From Polyangiaceae bacterium (GTDB lineage: Bacteria > Myxococcota_A > Polyangia > Polyangiales > Polyangiaceae), in the NCBI GenBank assembly GCA_044222475.1, contig JBGANF010000053.1, positions 1 through 47,223 on the forward strand: a stretch of DNA of 47,223 nt, in the 5' to 3' direction. The notes below the pieces were generated by a model. The model did no database searches, was not told the DNA's origin, and saw only the letters and a program-made list of their open reading frames with translations. Position numbers and translations under genes: made by a program. Each line of letters starts with the position of its first letter. The first letter of the stretch is position 1. Shown here piece by piece: positions 18,443-28,353 of the stretch.

Positions 18443-19830
18443 TTCGCGACGAGCCCGTACTTGTGCAGCTTCTCGATGAGGGCGGGTCGCGATACGCCGA
18501 GGCGACGCGCGGTCTCGCTTTGGTTCTTGCCCGAGCTCGAGAACTGCTCGGCGATGATCGCGCGCTCGAACGCCTCGACGCGGGCTCGCAGCGGCTTCGC
18601 GGCGCCGGGATCGACGAACGGAGCGCCGGCGCTCTCGGCCCGGTTCGGAGTCTCGTCGAGCGTCCGGTAGAGCGCGACGCCGATGCGGTCGTCGGGGGCG
18701 AGGGCGAGCAGACGCGCGATCGTGTTCTCGAGCTCTCGCACGTTGCCCGGCCACGCTTGGGTGCGAAGGACGTCGACGAGCGCCGGCTCGACTTCGACGG
18801 CGCCCATTCCGTACCGCTCGGCATAGGTCCGGGTGAACGTCGCGATCAACGGGCCGATGTCCTCCGGCCGCTCTCGCAGCGGGGGGACGCGGATCGGCAC
18901 CACGTTGAGGCGATAGTAGAGGTCTTCGCGGAAGCGGCCGGCCTTGGCTTCGGCGGCGAGGTCACGGTTCGTCGCGGCGACGAGCCGCACGTCGACCGTC
19001 TCGGGGCGACCCCCCACCGGTTGCACCTCTCCCGACTGGAGCGCGCGGAGGATCTTCGCCTGAATGGGGAGGCTCAGCTCGCCGATCTCGTCGATGAAGA
19101 GGGTCCCGGTGTGGGCGGCCTGGAAATACCCCTGCTTCGCCGACTGCGCGCCGGTGAAGGCCCCCTTGGTGTGACCGAAGAGCTCCGACTCGGCGAGCTC
19201 GGCCGGGATCGCCGCGGCGTTGAAGCGGACCATCGGCCGGTCGGCCCGCTTCGAGTGCGCGTGCAGCGCAGTCGCCATGACGTCCTTGCCGCTCCCGCTC
19301 TCGCCGGAGAGCAGCACCGTCACGTCCTTGGGTGCGACGCGGGCGACCAAGTCGAGCACTCGTCGCATCGCAGGGCTCTCGCAGACGATCGCCCGCCCGA
19401 GCGACGTTTCGGTCCGCAAACGTGCATTCTGCAAACGAAGCTCGCGTGTCTCGAACGCTCGACGCACCGAGAGCACGAGCTCGTCCGGGTCGAAGGGCTT
19501 CGGGAGGTAGTCGTGCGCGCCGGCCTTCATCGCGGCGACCGCCACGCGCTCCGATCCGTGCGCGGTCAGCATGACGACGGGCACGCTGGGGTCCTGCACC
19601 CGGAGCGTTTGGAGCACCTTCATGCCGTCGATGCCGGGCATCGCCAGATCGGTGAGGACTACGTCGGCGCCACGCGCCTCGAACGCTGCGAGCCCGCTCT
19701 CGCCGCCATCCTGGAGCTCGACCGTGAAGCCCGCGTCCGACAGGACGGCGTCGAGCGTGAAGCGCAGGGACGAATCGTCGTCGATGACGAGAACGCGCGG
19801 CATGCCTTCCTCGTAGCAGATGTCGCTCAT
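18439..19830 (-). CDS. Sigma54-dependent NtrC-family response regulator
   Basis: REC domain (DDD...TDLAMP...KPF), Walker A GESGSGKD, GAFTGA, 'WPGNVRELEN' and a Fis-type HTH. Confidence 0.95.
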   Translation of the reverse strand: MSDICYEEGMPRVLVIDDDSSLRFTLDAVLSDAGFTVELQDGGESGLAAFEARGADVVLTDLAMPGIDGMKVLQTLRVQDPSVPVVMLTAHGSERVAVAAMKAGAHDYLPKPFDPDELVLSVRRAFETRELRLQNARLRTETSLGRAIVCESPAMRRVLDLVARVAPKDVTVLLSGESGSGKDVMATALHAHSKRADRPMVRFNAAAIPAELAESELFGHTKGAFTGAQSAKQGYFQAAHTGTLFIDEIGELSLPIQAKILRALQSGEVQPVGGRPETVDVRLVAATNRDLAAEAKAGRFREDLYYRLNVVPIRVPPLRERPEDIGPLIATFTRTYAERYGMGAVEVEPALVDVLRTQAWPGNVRELENTIARLLALAPDDRIGVALYRTLDETPNRAESAGAPFVDPGAAKPLRARVEAFERAIIAEQFSSSGKNQSETARRLGVSRPALIEKLHKYGLVAK

Positions 19831-21200
19831 GGCGGGCTCGAGAGAACGTCGCTCTCCGGTTCATTGATCTCGCCTCGCGGAAGCGCGGCGAGCGCTTCCG
19901 GCCCGGCCGTCGGAAGCTCGACGGTGACCGTGGTCCCCTCGCCCTTCACGCTCTCGAAGGAGAGCCTTCCGCCGTGTTGCTCGATCAGCGCGCGCGCCAT
20001 CGCCACACCGAGACCCGAGCCGGTCTCCCTCGTGGTGAAATAGGGCCGCCGGATCCGCTCGAGCACCTCCGGCGTCATGCCGCTGCCGCGATCGATCACC
20101 CGAATGCGCAGCATGCCGTCCTTGGTGCGCGCGACGTGCATCGTGACGAGCCCGCCCTTTGGCGAAGCCTGGATGGCGTTGAGCACCAGGTTGAGGAGCG
20201 CTTGGCGCACCTTGCGCGAATCGCAGGGGATCTCGGCGCGCTCGTCTCCGATGACCTCGAGGGTGACGTCGACCTCGGCGGCTCGGGTCTCGAGGAGGAT
20301 GACGAGCTCGCGCGCGATCTCGTAGGGGCGCGCAGGGCCGATCTTCAGCTCGCCTTGGCCGCGCGAGAAGTCGAGAAAGCCATCGACGATGGCCCGCAGA
20401 CGGTCGGCCTCTTGAGCGATGATCGAGAGTCGCTCGGCCGTCTTCGGATCCTGAGAGCTTCGCGCGACGTGGAGAGAGAGCCCTTTGATGGCGGCGAGGG
20501 GGTTCTTCACCTCGTGAGCGAGACGCGCGGCGATGCCCTCGAACGAGCGCGTCTGGTCCTTGCTCTCCTCGTAGATCTCCTCGCGGCGTGACGCGACCTC
20601 GAGCGCGATTCGCGAGTACATGTCGGTCACTCCGAACCCGATCCGGATCATGCTGACGATCGCGAAGACGAGCGTTCCCCCACCGACCAAGAAGTACTCC
20701 ATCGTCGGTCGGCCTTCGGGCGTGACGAGCGGCGCAGGGAGCGCACCCGATCCGCCGTACGACATCGCGGCGAGGGCGACGTACCCGGCGATCACCACGC
20801 CGCCGAAGACGAAGACGCTCCGTCGTTGCTCGAGGACGATCGGCGCGATGGCCATCATCGGTAGACCCACCGGCAAGAGCGGACTCGTGATCGCGCCCGT
20901 GACGCTGAGGCCCACGAAGTAGTGGAGCGCGCCGAACAAGAAAGGCGCGAGGCCCGGCGGCTCCGTCGCCTTGCGGCGGTTGGCGGCGATGCTGATGGCC
21001 ACGACGATCGCGAGCGAACCGAGCTGAATCGCGGCGCGGAACCAGGCCTCTCCGCGAAGCCATAGCAGCGCGAACACGATGATGTTGAACGGGATGAACC
21101 AGGCAAATCGCCAGCGCGTCGACGTGCGCTCCATCTCGAGGAAGACCTCTCGACGGACGGCGTCGAAGCGCGCGCGATGATGCCGGGCCCGTTCCTGCAT
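19827..21200 (-). CDS. Membrane sensor histidine kinase
   Basis: N-terminal TM helices, H-box 'LAHEVKNPL', N-box 'NLVLNAIQA', G-boxes 'DRGSG' and 'GSGLG'. Confidence 0.95.
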   Translation of the reverse strand: MQERARHHRARFDAVRREVFLEMERTSTRWRFAWFIPFNIIVFALLWLRGEAWFRAAIQLGSLAIVVAISIAANRRKATEPPGLAPFLFGALHYFVGLSVTGAITSPLLPVGLPMMAIAPIVLEQRRSVFVFGGVVIAGYVALAAMSYGGSGALPAPLVTPEGRPTMEYFLVGGGTLVFAIVSMIRIGFGVTDMYSRIALEVASRREEIYEESKDQTRSFEGIAARLAHEVKNPLAAIKGLSLHVARSSQDPKTAERLSIIAQEADRLRAIVDGFLDFSRGQGELKIGPARPYEIARELVILLETRAAEVDVTLEVIGDERAEIPCDSRKVRQALLNLVLNAIQASPKGGLVTMHVARTKDGMLRIRVIDRGSGMTPEVLERIRRPYFTTRETGSGLGVAMARALIEQHGGRLSFESVKGEGTTVTVELPTAGPEALAALPRGEINEPESDVLSSPP

Positions 21201-21241
21201 GGCCTACGGGCTACGATGCCACGAACGGCTGGCTGGTGGTG

Positions 21242-22540
21242 CTACTTGCGCCGGCGGCGGGCGAACAGCAGGGCGGCGGCGAAGAGGATGATCGAACCCT
21301 GCTTCCACGGGACCGGCTTGTTGGGGTCGGCCGCGACGTTGCAGCCGCCACCGCCGTTGTTCCCGCTCGTCGTCGTCGTCGTGGGAGGCTTGAGGAAGCA
21401 CTGCCCGCCGACGCCGGTATCGGTGCACTGGTAGCCGTCCGGGCAGTCCTGCGCGTTGACGTCGCACGCCTGCGTGCAGACGCTCTGCTCGCCATCGGCG
21501 GGAGCGGCACACTTGCCGGACGCGCACTCCGTGGGATCCGCGCACGGGGCGCCGAGCTCGCCGTTGCCGCTCGCGGGGCCGCCGTCGGCGGTGGGCACGC
21601 CGCCATCGGCCGGAGGCGGCGGCGGTGCTTGCGTCCAGGACGGCGCCGGGTACCCGCCTTGCTGAGCGGCGGTCAGCGCCGTGGCGACGATGAAGTCCTT
21701 CCACTTGTCGGTGCGGGTGTAGATCGGCGAAACGCACTTGCCGTTCACGTCGCCACCGCGTGAGAGCACGCCGAACGAGACCGGCACACCCTTGTTGAAG
21801 TTCTTCTGCTCGTACGCGCTCGATCCCGAGTCACCGGAGCACGTCGAGTCGCCGGAGACGAACTCGTTCACCGTGAGCTGCGAGCCGGTGAGGTTGCCGC
21901 AGTCGATGATCTTGTCGCCCGGGATGCAGGCGAGGTTGACGTCCTGGAGAATGCGGCGCGTCCCGCTGTCGTTCAGGCCGGGTGCGGTGATTCCGAAGCC
22001 GATGGCGGTCACGCTCGTCGAGTAGCGCGTGTGATCGGTCATGGAGTACTGGACGACCGGGGTGACCGGCGTGGCCTCACCGGCAGAGACGTTGTCCTGC
22101 AGGATGATGAGCGCCATGTCGTTGCCGCAGACCTTCGTCCCCGGCGTCACCAGCACTTGCTTCGAGCGGTGCCAGCCCTGCGTTCCCTGGAACATCTTGT
22201 AGTAGGTCGTGATCCAGAACGAGGTCTGGGTGTACTGCGAGCCGAAGTTCGACGTCGCGCAGTTGATCTGCTGCGGCGACTGCGACACGCAGTGGCGCGC
22301 CGTCATGACGAGGTTCGGCGCGATCAGCGCGCCGGAGCAGATGCCCTGACATTGTCCGGGGCCGCTACCCATGCAGACTCCGACCGCGAACGGATGCGCG
22401 GTGTCGGTGGCGCCGCCTTGGACTGGCGCGGCGTTCGTTGCGATCGGCTCCGGGCTGGGGGAGGAGCTGCTGCAACCTCCCGCGAGGGTAGCGAACGCGA
22501 GGGTCGCAAGCGCGACGCTACCGAGGACTTTCCCATTCAT
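21242..22540 (-). CDS. Trypsin-like (S1) serine protease lipoprotein with MYXO-CTERM-type tail
   Basis: Lipobox 'LAGGC', catalytic motifs 'TARHC', 'NDMAL' and 'GDSGS'. The C-terminus is 'GGGC..' followed by a hydrophobic stretch and RRRRK. Confidence 0.9.
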   Translation of the reverse strand: MNGKVLGSVALATLAFATLAGGCSSSSPSPEPIATNAAPVQGGATDTAHPFAVGVCMGSGPGQCQGICSGALIAPNLVMTARHCVSQSPQQINCATSNFGSQYTQTSFWITTYYKMFQGTQGWHRSKQVLVTPGTKVCGNDMALIILQDNVSAGEATPVTPVVQYSMTDHTRYSTSVTAIGFGITAPGLNDSGTRRILQDVNLACIPGDKIIDCGNLTGSQLTVNEFVSGDSTCSGDSGSSAYEQKNFNKGVPVSFGVLSRGGDVNGKCVSPIYTRTDKWKDFIVATALTAAQQGGYPAPSWTQAPPPPPADGGVPTADGGPASGNGELGAPCADPTECASGKCAAPADGEQSVCTQACDVNAQDCPDGYQCTDTGVGGQCFLKPPTTTTTSGNNGGGGCNVAADPNKPVPWKQGSIILFAAALLFARRRRK

Positions 22541-22800
22541 GCGCGCGTGACCTCCGAAAGAAAGCGGACGCCCCTCCCGAAACCCGGACCTCCATGAGTG
22601 TAGCGATCAAGCGTGATGGAGCAACGACCATCAGCGTGTCGGATAGCGCCGTACGTGTCGGAAACGCTTGGAAAAATCGAGTACCATCAACCAGGCAGAA
22701 TGACCCCCGACGGGGCGCGTTGCCCCGTTCGAGCGGTGTCTTCTTGGCGTCGAGGTCGGCGTCGGCACCAAAGCGCCGATCCGCTACTGCCGGTGACCGC

Positions 22801-23652
22801 TCACGGCGCGAACTCGGGCGTGAGCATCTGCCGATGCAGCCCGACGGCGTGAGCCCTTCGGAACAGCTCCTCGATCCCCCGCTTCACGTCGTCCTTCATC
22901 TCGCGCGTGTCCTCGTTGGCGTACATCGCGAGGTAGCGATCGAGCAGCGCGCGATCCAGCCCGACGTCCTTGCGAGACTCCTCGCCGAGGAGCGCGGTCA
23001 TGAGCTCTTCGCGATGCTCGAGCCCCCACGCGATCGACGCTCGGCACGCCTGCGACACCTTCGCGATGGTCGCACCACCGAGCGCGCGGCGGATCGCGTT
23101 GCCTCCGAGGGCCAGTGGGAGACCCGTGAGCCGCGTCCACTCGGCGCCGATGTCGCTGACGAGCGCGAAGCCTTCGCGCTCGTACGTCAGTCGTCCTTCG
23201 TGAATCAGCAGCGCGGCTGCGACGCGGCCCTCGCGGATCGCGTCGAAGCTCTTCGAGTAGGGCGCGATCGGGATCACCACCGGCTCGAACTCACCGAGGA
23301 GCACGCGAAGCACGGCGTACGCGGTCGTTCGAAGCCCGGGTACGCCGATCGGCTTCCCTCGCAGCGACTCGAGGGTCACCGCCTCCTTCGCGACGACGAC
23401 CGGTCCGTACCCCCGCCCGACCGAGGCACCGTGAGGGAGGAGCAACCAGCGCTCCGACACCTCGGCCCAGCGAGCGATCGACATGGCGAGCACGTCGACC
23501 GAATCGCCGTCGGCGAGCGCGTTCAGCGTCTCGGTGTCGTGCCGCACGACTTCGAAGTCGAGATCGCCCGCGTCGACCTTGCCGTGGAGCAGCGCCCAGA
23601 ACATGAAGATGTCGTCGCTGTCGGGCGAGAACGCGAGACGGATGATCGTCAT
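22801..23652 (-). CDS. mqnD: 1,4-dihydroxy-6-naphthoate synthase (futalosine menaquinone pathway)
   Basis: 'SPDSDDIFMF', 'SVGRGYGP', 'PGLRTTA', 'LLIHEGRLTY' and 'LPLALGG'. Confidence 0.85.
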   Translation of the reverse strand: MTIIRLAFSPDSDDIFMFWALLHGKVDAGDLDFEVVRHDTETLNALADGDSVDVLAMSIARWAEVSERWLLLPHGASVGRGYGPVVVAKEAVTLESLRGKPIGVPGLRTTAYAVLRVLLGEFEPVVIPIAPYSKSFDAIREGRVAAALLIHEGRLTYEREGFALVSDIGAEWTRLTGLPLALGGNAIRRALGGATIAKVSQACRASIAWGLEHREELMTALLGEESRKDVGLDRALLDRYLAMYANEDTREMKDDVKRGIEELFRRAHAVGLHRQMLTPEFAP

Positions 23653-24776
23653 ATGGCGACCTTCTGGAAGCGCCGCACGCTCCCCCACACGAGCACGACG
23701 CTGATCGCGATCAGCGCGAGGACGTTCGGCATCAGCTCGCGCGGCCCGGCGTCTCGCAGGACGACCCCTCGCATGATCTCGATCATGTGAGTCGCGGGGA
23801 GGATGCGTCCGATCACGTAGAGCGGCATGGGTAGGCCGGCGGTGGGGAAGATGTACCCGGAGAGGAAGATCGACGGCAGGAAGAACATCTGGGCCATCTG
23901 CTGCGCCTGCGCTTGCGTCTGCGCACGCGTCGAGATGAACAGCCCGAGCGACAAGAGCGCGAATAGGTAGATCACGGCCATCACGAACAGGAAGAAGACG
24001 TTCCCCCGGATCGGGACGTCGAACCCGAACCGCATGAGCAGGAGGATGATCGCCATCTCGACGATGCCCACGATGAGGTAGGGGGCGAGCTTGCCGAGCA
24101 TCAACCCCAGCGGGTGAATCGGCGTCACGAGCAGCTGCTCCAACGTTCCCTTCTCGCGCTCGCGCACGATCGCGATCGCCGTGAGGACGATCGCGACGAT
24201 CTGGAGCATGATCGCGATGAGCCCAGGGATGATGTAGTTCGCCGTTCGGCCATCGGGGTTGAACAGCACGATCGGCTGCGTCGAGAGCGGTGGCGCACGA
24301 GGAGCACCGATGCCGGCTTCGCGCACCTCCTCCAAGTTGACGTTGGCCGCGAGCCCGCTCACCGATCCGAGCGCCTGCGCGCTCACCGAGGAGTCGCTCC
24401 CGTCGATCAGGACGAGCACCTTCGCGCCCGTGCCGCGGGCGCGCTTGTCGTGGTAGTCGGGCGGGATCATGATGCCGACGCGCGCGCGACCCGCGGTGAT
24501 GTCCTCGCGCGCGTCGCTCGGGTTCGCGGTCACGCGCGTGATCTTGAAGGTCCCGGTCGCGCGGAGCTTGTCCATCAGCTCGCGGCTCTCGCGCGTGCCG
24601 TCCTGATCGACGACGACGGTCGGCAGGTTGTGGACGGTCTGATCGATGAAGCCGAAGAGGAGGAGCTGGAAGATCGGGATCGAGAGGGCGGTCATGAGCG
24701 TCGCCCGATCGCGCATGATGTGGAGGAACTCCTTGCGCAGGATCGCGACGAACGAGGCCCAGATCGCGGATCCCAT
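23649..24776 (-). CDS. ABC-2 type exporter permease (YbhR/YbhS-like)
   Basis: 'KEFLHIMRD', 'IVREREKGTLEQLLVTP' and 'FLSGYIFP'. Confidence 0.92.
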   Translation of the reverse strand: MGSAIWASFVAILRKEFLHIMRDRATLMTALSIPIFQLLLFGFIDQTVHNLPTVVVDQDGTRESRELMDKLRATGTFKITRVTANPSDAREDITAGRARVGIMIPPDYHDKRARGTGAKVLVLIDGSDSSVSAQALGSVSGLAANVNLEEVREAGIGAPRAPPLSTQPIVLFNPDGRTANYIIPGLIAIMLQIVAIVLTAIAIVREREKGTLEQLLVTPIHPLGLMLGKLAPYLIVGIVEMAIILLLMRFGFDVPIRGNVFFLFVMAVIYLFALLSLGLFISTRAQTQAQAQQMAQMFFLPSIFLSGYIFPTAGLPMPLYVIGRILPATHMIEIMRGVVLRDAGPRELMPNVLALIAISVVLVWGSVRRFQKVAI

Positions 24777-25787
24777 CTAGGCCGCTCCCCTGCTCGTGGA
24801 CTGGTCCGTGCGCTTCGCTTCTTCCGCTTCGGTGAGCTCGACGAACACGTCTTCGAGCGAAGGCGTGATGGCGCGGATCTGCGCGTCACGGAAGCCCCGC
24901 GCTTGCAGCTCGCGGAGGAGCTCGTCGTCGCCGATGTCGCTCGACAGCACGGCGTGCACCGCCTGGCCGAAGATCGTCGCTCCGGTGCACGGGCCGTACT
25001 CGCGGAAGAACTTGAGCGCCTGCGCGGTCTTCTGGGTCGTCGCTTCCACGCGTCGCTCGCCGGGGTGATTGACCGCAGGGTGCGTCTTCAGCGCCTCGGG
25101 CGTGCCGCTCACGATCATGCGGGAGAGGTACAAGTAGCCGACCTCGCTGCAGCGCTCGGCCTCGTCCATGTAGTGCGTCGTCACCAGCAGCGTGATGCCC
25201 TCGGCCGCGAGGGTGAAGAGGAGATCCCACAGCTCGCGTCGCGCGACCGGATCGATGCCGGCGGTCGGCTCGTCGAGGAAGATGACCTGCGGCTCGTGGA
25301 GGAGCGCACTGCCGAGCGCGAGGCGTTGCTTCCATCCGCCGGAGAGCTGGCCCGCGCGCCGCTTGTAGTACGGCCCGATGTGGGTGAGGTCGACCGCGGC
25401 CTGGAGCCGCGTCTTCAGGCGTGCGCCCGACAGTCCGTACACGCGCGCGTAGAAGTCGAGGTTCTCTTCGACGGTGAGATCCTCGTAGAGCGAAAACTTC
25501 TGGCTCATGTAGCCGATGCGTTTTCGGATCGCCTCGCCTTGCGTCGACACGTCGAGCCCGGCGACGGTCGCGCGACCTTCGTTCGGTGCGAGGAGCCCGC
25601 ACAGGATGCGGATCAACGTCGACTTGCCCGAGCCGTTGGGACCGAGCAGCCCGTAGATCGTTCCCTTCGGAACCGAGAGGTTGACCGAGCGCAGCGCGTA
25701 GAAGTCGCCGAACTTGCGGCTGACGTTCTGGACGTCGATCGCGGGCTTCGCCCGCACCGAGATCGGCGGAGGCGGGTCCGAGCTCAC
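24777..25787 (-). CDS. ABC transporter ATP-binding protein (YbhF-like)
   Basis: Walker [10 protein letters not shown], signature LSGGWKQR, Walker B FLDEPT, and 'THYMDEAE'. Confidence 0.95.
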   Translation of the reverse strand: MSSDPPPPISVRAKPAIDVQNVSRKFGDFYALRSVNLSVPKGTIYGLLGPNGSGKSTLIRILCGLLAPNEGRATVAGLDVSTQGEAIRKRIGYMSQKFSLYEDLTVEENLDFYARVYGLSGARLKTRLQAAVDLTHIGPYYKRRAGQLSGGWKQRLALGSALLHEPQVIFLDEPTAGIDPVARRELWDLLFTLAAEGITLLVTTHYMDEAERCSEVGYLYLSRMIVSGTPEALKTHPAVNHPGERRVEATTQKTAQALKFFREYGPCTGATIFGQAVHAVLSSDIGDDELLRELQARGFRDAQIRAITPSLEDVFVELTEAEEAKRTDQSTSRGAA

Positions 25788-26971
25788 TTCGGCACCGTGA
25801 GGAGCGCCGCCATCCCGGCGCGCAGGTCGCCCGCGCCGTCCTTGATCCCGATGCGCGTCGCGAAAACCTGATCGGCGCGCTCGTCGGCGGTCTGCAGGTT
25901 GCGCGGCGTGTACTCGCCGACGCTGTTGATGTGCTCGACCTTCCCGGGGAACGATCGCCCGGGAAACGAGTCGACCGTGATCGGCACGTCATCGCCGACG
26001 TGCAAGCGCCCGAGGTGGGTCTCCGGCACGTAGATGCGTACGTAGAGCTGCCCGTCTTCGAGGATCGTCGCCGCGGTCGCCGTCGGCGCGAGGATCGTGC
26101 CGGGGCGGAGATCGAGCGACTCGATCTTCCCGGCGACCGGCGCGACGATCGTCAGCTCGTTGATCTGCACGTCGATGGCGTCCAGTCGTCCCTTCGCAGC
26201 GTCCACTGCGCCTTGGGCGGCTCGTATGTCCTCGACCCGCGCACCGGCGGCGACGAGCTTGGCGCTCGCTTGCGCCTCGAGGACTCGCGCTGCGGCCTGG
26301 GCGATGTCCTCCGAGCGAGCGCCGTTCTCGAGCTCGGCGAGGGTGTTCGCAGCAGCGTCGCGCTGAGCCGTAGCGCCTCGTAGCGCCGAGTCCGCGTTGT
26401 CCGCGTCGACTTGAGTGACCGATCCGGTCGCCAGCAGTTTGTGGATCCGGTCGGCATCCGACTGCGCCTTGTCGAGCGTGACCTGGATCGCGGCGAGCCG
26501 TGCTTTCGCTGCGTCGATCTGCTCCTTGCGTGCACCCGCTTTGGTTCCTTGGAGCGCCGCGCTCGCGTTCAGCGTCCGCGCGCGCGCCTGCTCGATCTCC
26601 TCCGGCCTCGCGCCAGCGAGGAGCTTGTCGAGGGTGGCCTGGGCTTGCGCGAGCTGGCCCGCGGCGACCAGACGCTGCGCGTTGAGGTCCCCCGGCTCGA
26701 GGATGACGAGCGGGTCGCCGACCTTGACCGGGTCGCCCTCCTTCACCTTCACGTCCTTGATGCGACCCCCGACGCGCGAGCCGACGTAGACGACCCTCGC
26801 TTCGACCGTGCCGCTCCACTCGTACGGCTTGCGCGCGTCGTAGAAGCGATACGCGCCGTACAGCAGACCGAGGACGACCGCGATGATCAGCGGTACAGGG
26901 ATGGATCGCTTCGGCTTTTCGGCTTCCGTGTCGGCCACGACGGATCTCTCCTCTCCGAGGATCGATCCCAT
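25784..26971 (-). CDS. HlyD family periplasmic adaptor (YbhG-like)
   Basis: N-terminal TM, lipoyl-like '[12 protein letters not shown]', coiled coil, 'EYTPRNLQT' and 'LRAGM'. Confidence 0.92.
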   Translation of the reverse strand: MGSILGEERSVVADTEAEKPKRSIPVPLIIAVVLGLLYGAYRFYDARKPYEWSGTVEARVVYVGSRVGGRIKDVKVKEGDPVKVGDPLVILEPGDLNAQRLVAAGQLAQAQATLDKLLAGARPEEIEQARARTLNASAALQGTKAGARKEQIDAAKARLAAIQVTLDKAQSDADRIHKLLATGSVTQVDADNADSALRGATAQRDAAANTLAELENGARSEDIAQAAARVLEAQASAKLVAAGARVEDIRAAQGAVDAAKGRLDAIDVQINELTIVAPVAGKIESLDLRPGTILAPTATAATILEDGQLYVRIYVPETHLGRLHVGDDVPITVDSFPGRSFPGKVEHINSVGEYTPRNLQTADERADQVFATRIGIKDGAGDLRAGMAALLTVPK

Positions 26972-27024
26972 AGGACCGAACGAGACCCGACGCGAGGGGT
27001 TGTTTGCAAATTGACGTTAAGGGG

Positions 27025-28173
27025 TCACTCGGACGGCGCGTCGGGGATCGCCCCGTCGGTTCCGGTTTCCTCGTTCGTCGCGTCGGCCGCATCCGGTCCA
27101 GCGTCGTCGTCGCCGCAAGAGACCTCGGCGACGACGTTCAGTGGTGCGTTCGTCACGAGTGCGCAGGCCGCCCCGGCCAGGACGATCTCCCCGTTCTTCT
27201 TGTCGATGAAGAACCACCCGTCGACCGGGTCGTAGGGGACGAGCTTCCCGTCGATGAAGAGACGAATCGTGCCGAGCTCGTCGGGGACGGACGTGGTGAG
27301 GTAGGTGCACTTCCCGACCTGATCGCGGATCGTGACCAGCGCTGCGTCGAGCTCCGCTTCGTTGCTGACGCCGTAGAACTTGTGCGACGCGTTGACCTGC
27401 GGCCGGCCGCCCGCGACGGCCATCGCATCGAGAGTGGCGGCCGAAGCATCGTTGCCGATGCCGATGACGTAGGTGGGGACTCCTTGATCGGCGAAGCCCG
27501 CGATGCGCGACACGGTGCGTTTGTCGTCGAGACAGAGCGCGCCGTCCCGTCGACAGTTCTGGCCCAGGTCTGCGCAGACGCAGGTCGCCGGGTCGAGCGC
27601 GGAGTTGCAGTTCGGCCCGCCGTCGGTAGCGAGCACCATCGCCCGCGCCGACTTCGCCGTGCGCACGCCGATCAGCGCCTTACCAGCGAGCGAGATGGCG
27701 TCCGCGGTGGGGGTCGCTCCGCCGGCTCCCGTCGACCCGAGCACGCCGAGGAGCGGCTGGACGTTGTGGAGCGCCGGAAGGAGGTTGACCGCTCCAGGGA
27801 GCCCGCAGCTCGTGTCGCTCCGGGAGCTGCCGGCGAGCGGAAACACCAAGAGCCCGATCTGCATGGTCGGATCGACCGGCGGGAGAGCGCTGGCGAGCGC
27901 CTTGCCCAGCACCGCCCACCGCGAGCCAGCGCTCGAGAAACGGGTGTTCATCGAGCCCGACCGATCGACGACGAACATGACCGTGGGTCGAGCTTTGGCG
28001 AGCGTGAAGCTACCCGCGTGGCACTTCACCGCTTCGGCATCGTCCCCGGCGTCGATGACGGACGCATCGGGCTCGGGTGCCAACAGCCCGGTGCGGGCGC
28101 CACAGCTCGCGAGCGCGGCGGCGATGCCGCACGCCGCTCCGGCTGCACGTAAGGTAGTACCAAAATGGGACAT
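27025..28173 (-). CDS. vWA-domain Cys-rich lipoprotein (CglB-like)
   Basis: Lipobox 'LASC', MIDAS 'DRSGSM', 'TPT' and 'LATDGGPNC'. Confidence 0.82.
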   Translation of the reverse strand: MSHFGTTLRAAGAACGIAAALASCGARTGLLAPEPDASVIDAGDDAEAVKCHAGSFTLAKARPTVMFVVDRSGSMNTRFSSAGSRWAVLGKALASALPPVDPTMQIGLLVFPLAGSSRSDTSCGLPGAVNLLPALHNVQPLLGVLGSTGAGGATPTADAISLAGKALIGVRTAKSARAMVLATDGGPNCNSALDPATCVCADLGQNCRRDGALCLDDKRTVSRIAGFADQGVPTYVIGIGNDASAATLDAMAVAGGRPQVNASHKFYGVSNEAELDAALVTIRDQVGKCTYLTTSVPDELGTIRLFIDGKLVPYDPVDGWFFIDKKNGEIVLAGAACALVTNAPLNVVAEVSCGDDDAGPDAADATNEETGTDGAIPDAPSE

Positions 28174-28251
28174 GCGTCTGGCTGCCGATCACGGCATCAA
28201 GGAAAGCCTAGTCGGTCGTGAGACGACGGCAAACGCTCATCGCACCGCGGA

Positions 28252-28350
28252 GACTGCCTCCGAGCCTACCGGTCCAGCGTCTCGAACTGCGGTCGTGTGG
28301 GAACGTGTGTGCACCCCACGAAGATCTGCAGCGGCGGCGTCTGCGAGTGA
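28252..28350 (+). pseudogene. Remnant of a myxobacterial Cys-rich repeat (NCG.CG..C...C..G.C) gene 3' end
   Basis: Reads DCLRAYRSSVSNCG..KICSGGVCE*. The middle reads CGNVCAP in a shifted frame. There is no in-frame start after the TGA at 28219. Confidence 0.45.
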
Positions 28351-28353
28351 CGC

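Noticed and set aside
21201..21241. Sigma54 promoter near the two-component genes (TGGCA on the minus strand)
   Set aside because: There is no GC at the required GG-N10-GC spacing. The same applies to the TGGCA near 7942.
22541..22800. ncRNA or small gene upstream of the protease
   Set aside because: Only short hairpins (TGATGG/CCATCA, ACGGGGC/GCCCCGT) are present, consistent with a promoter or terminator region. There is not enough support for a call.
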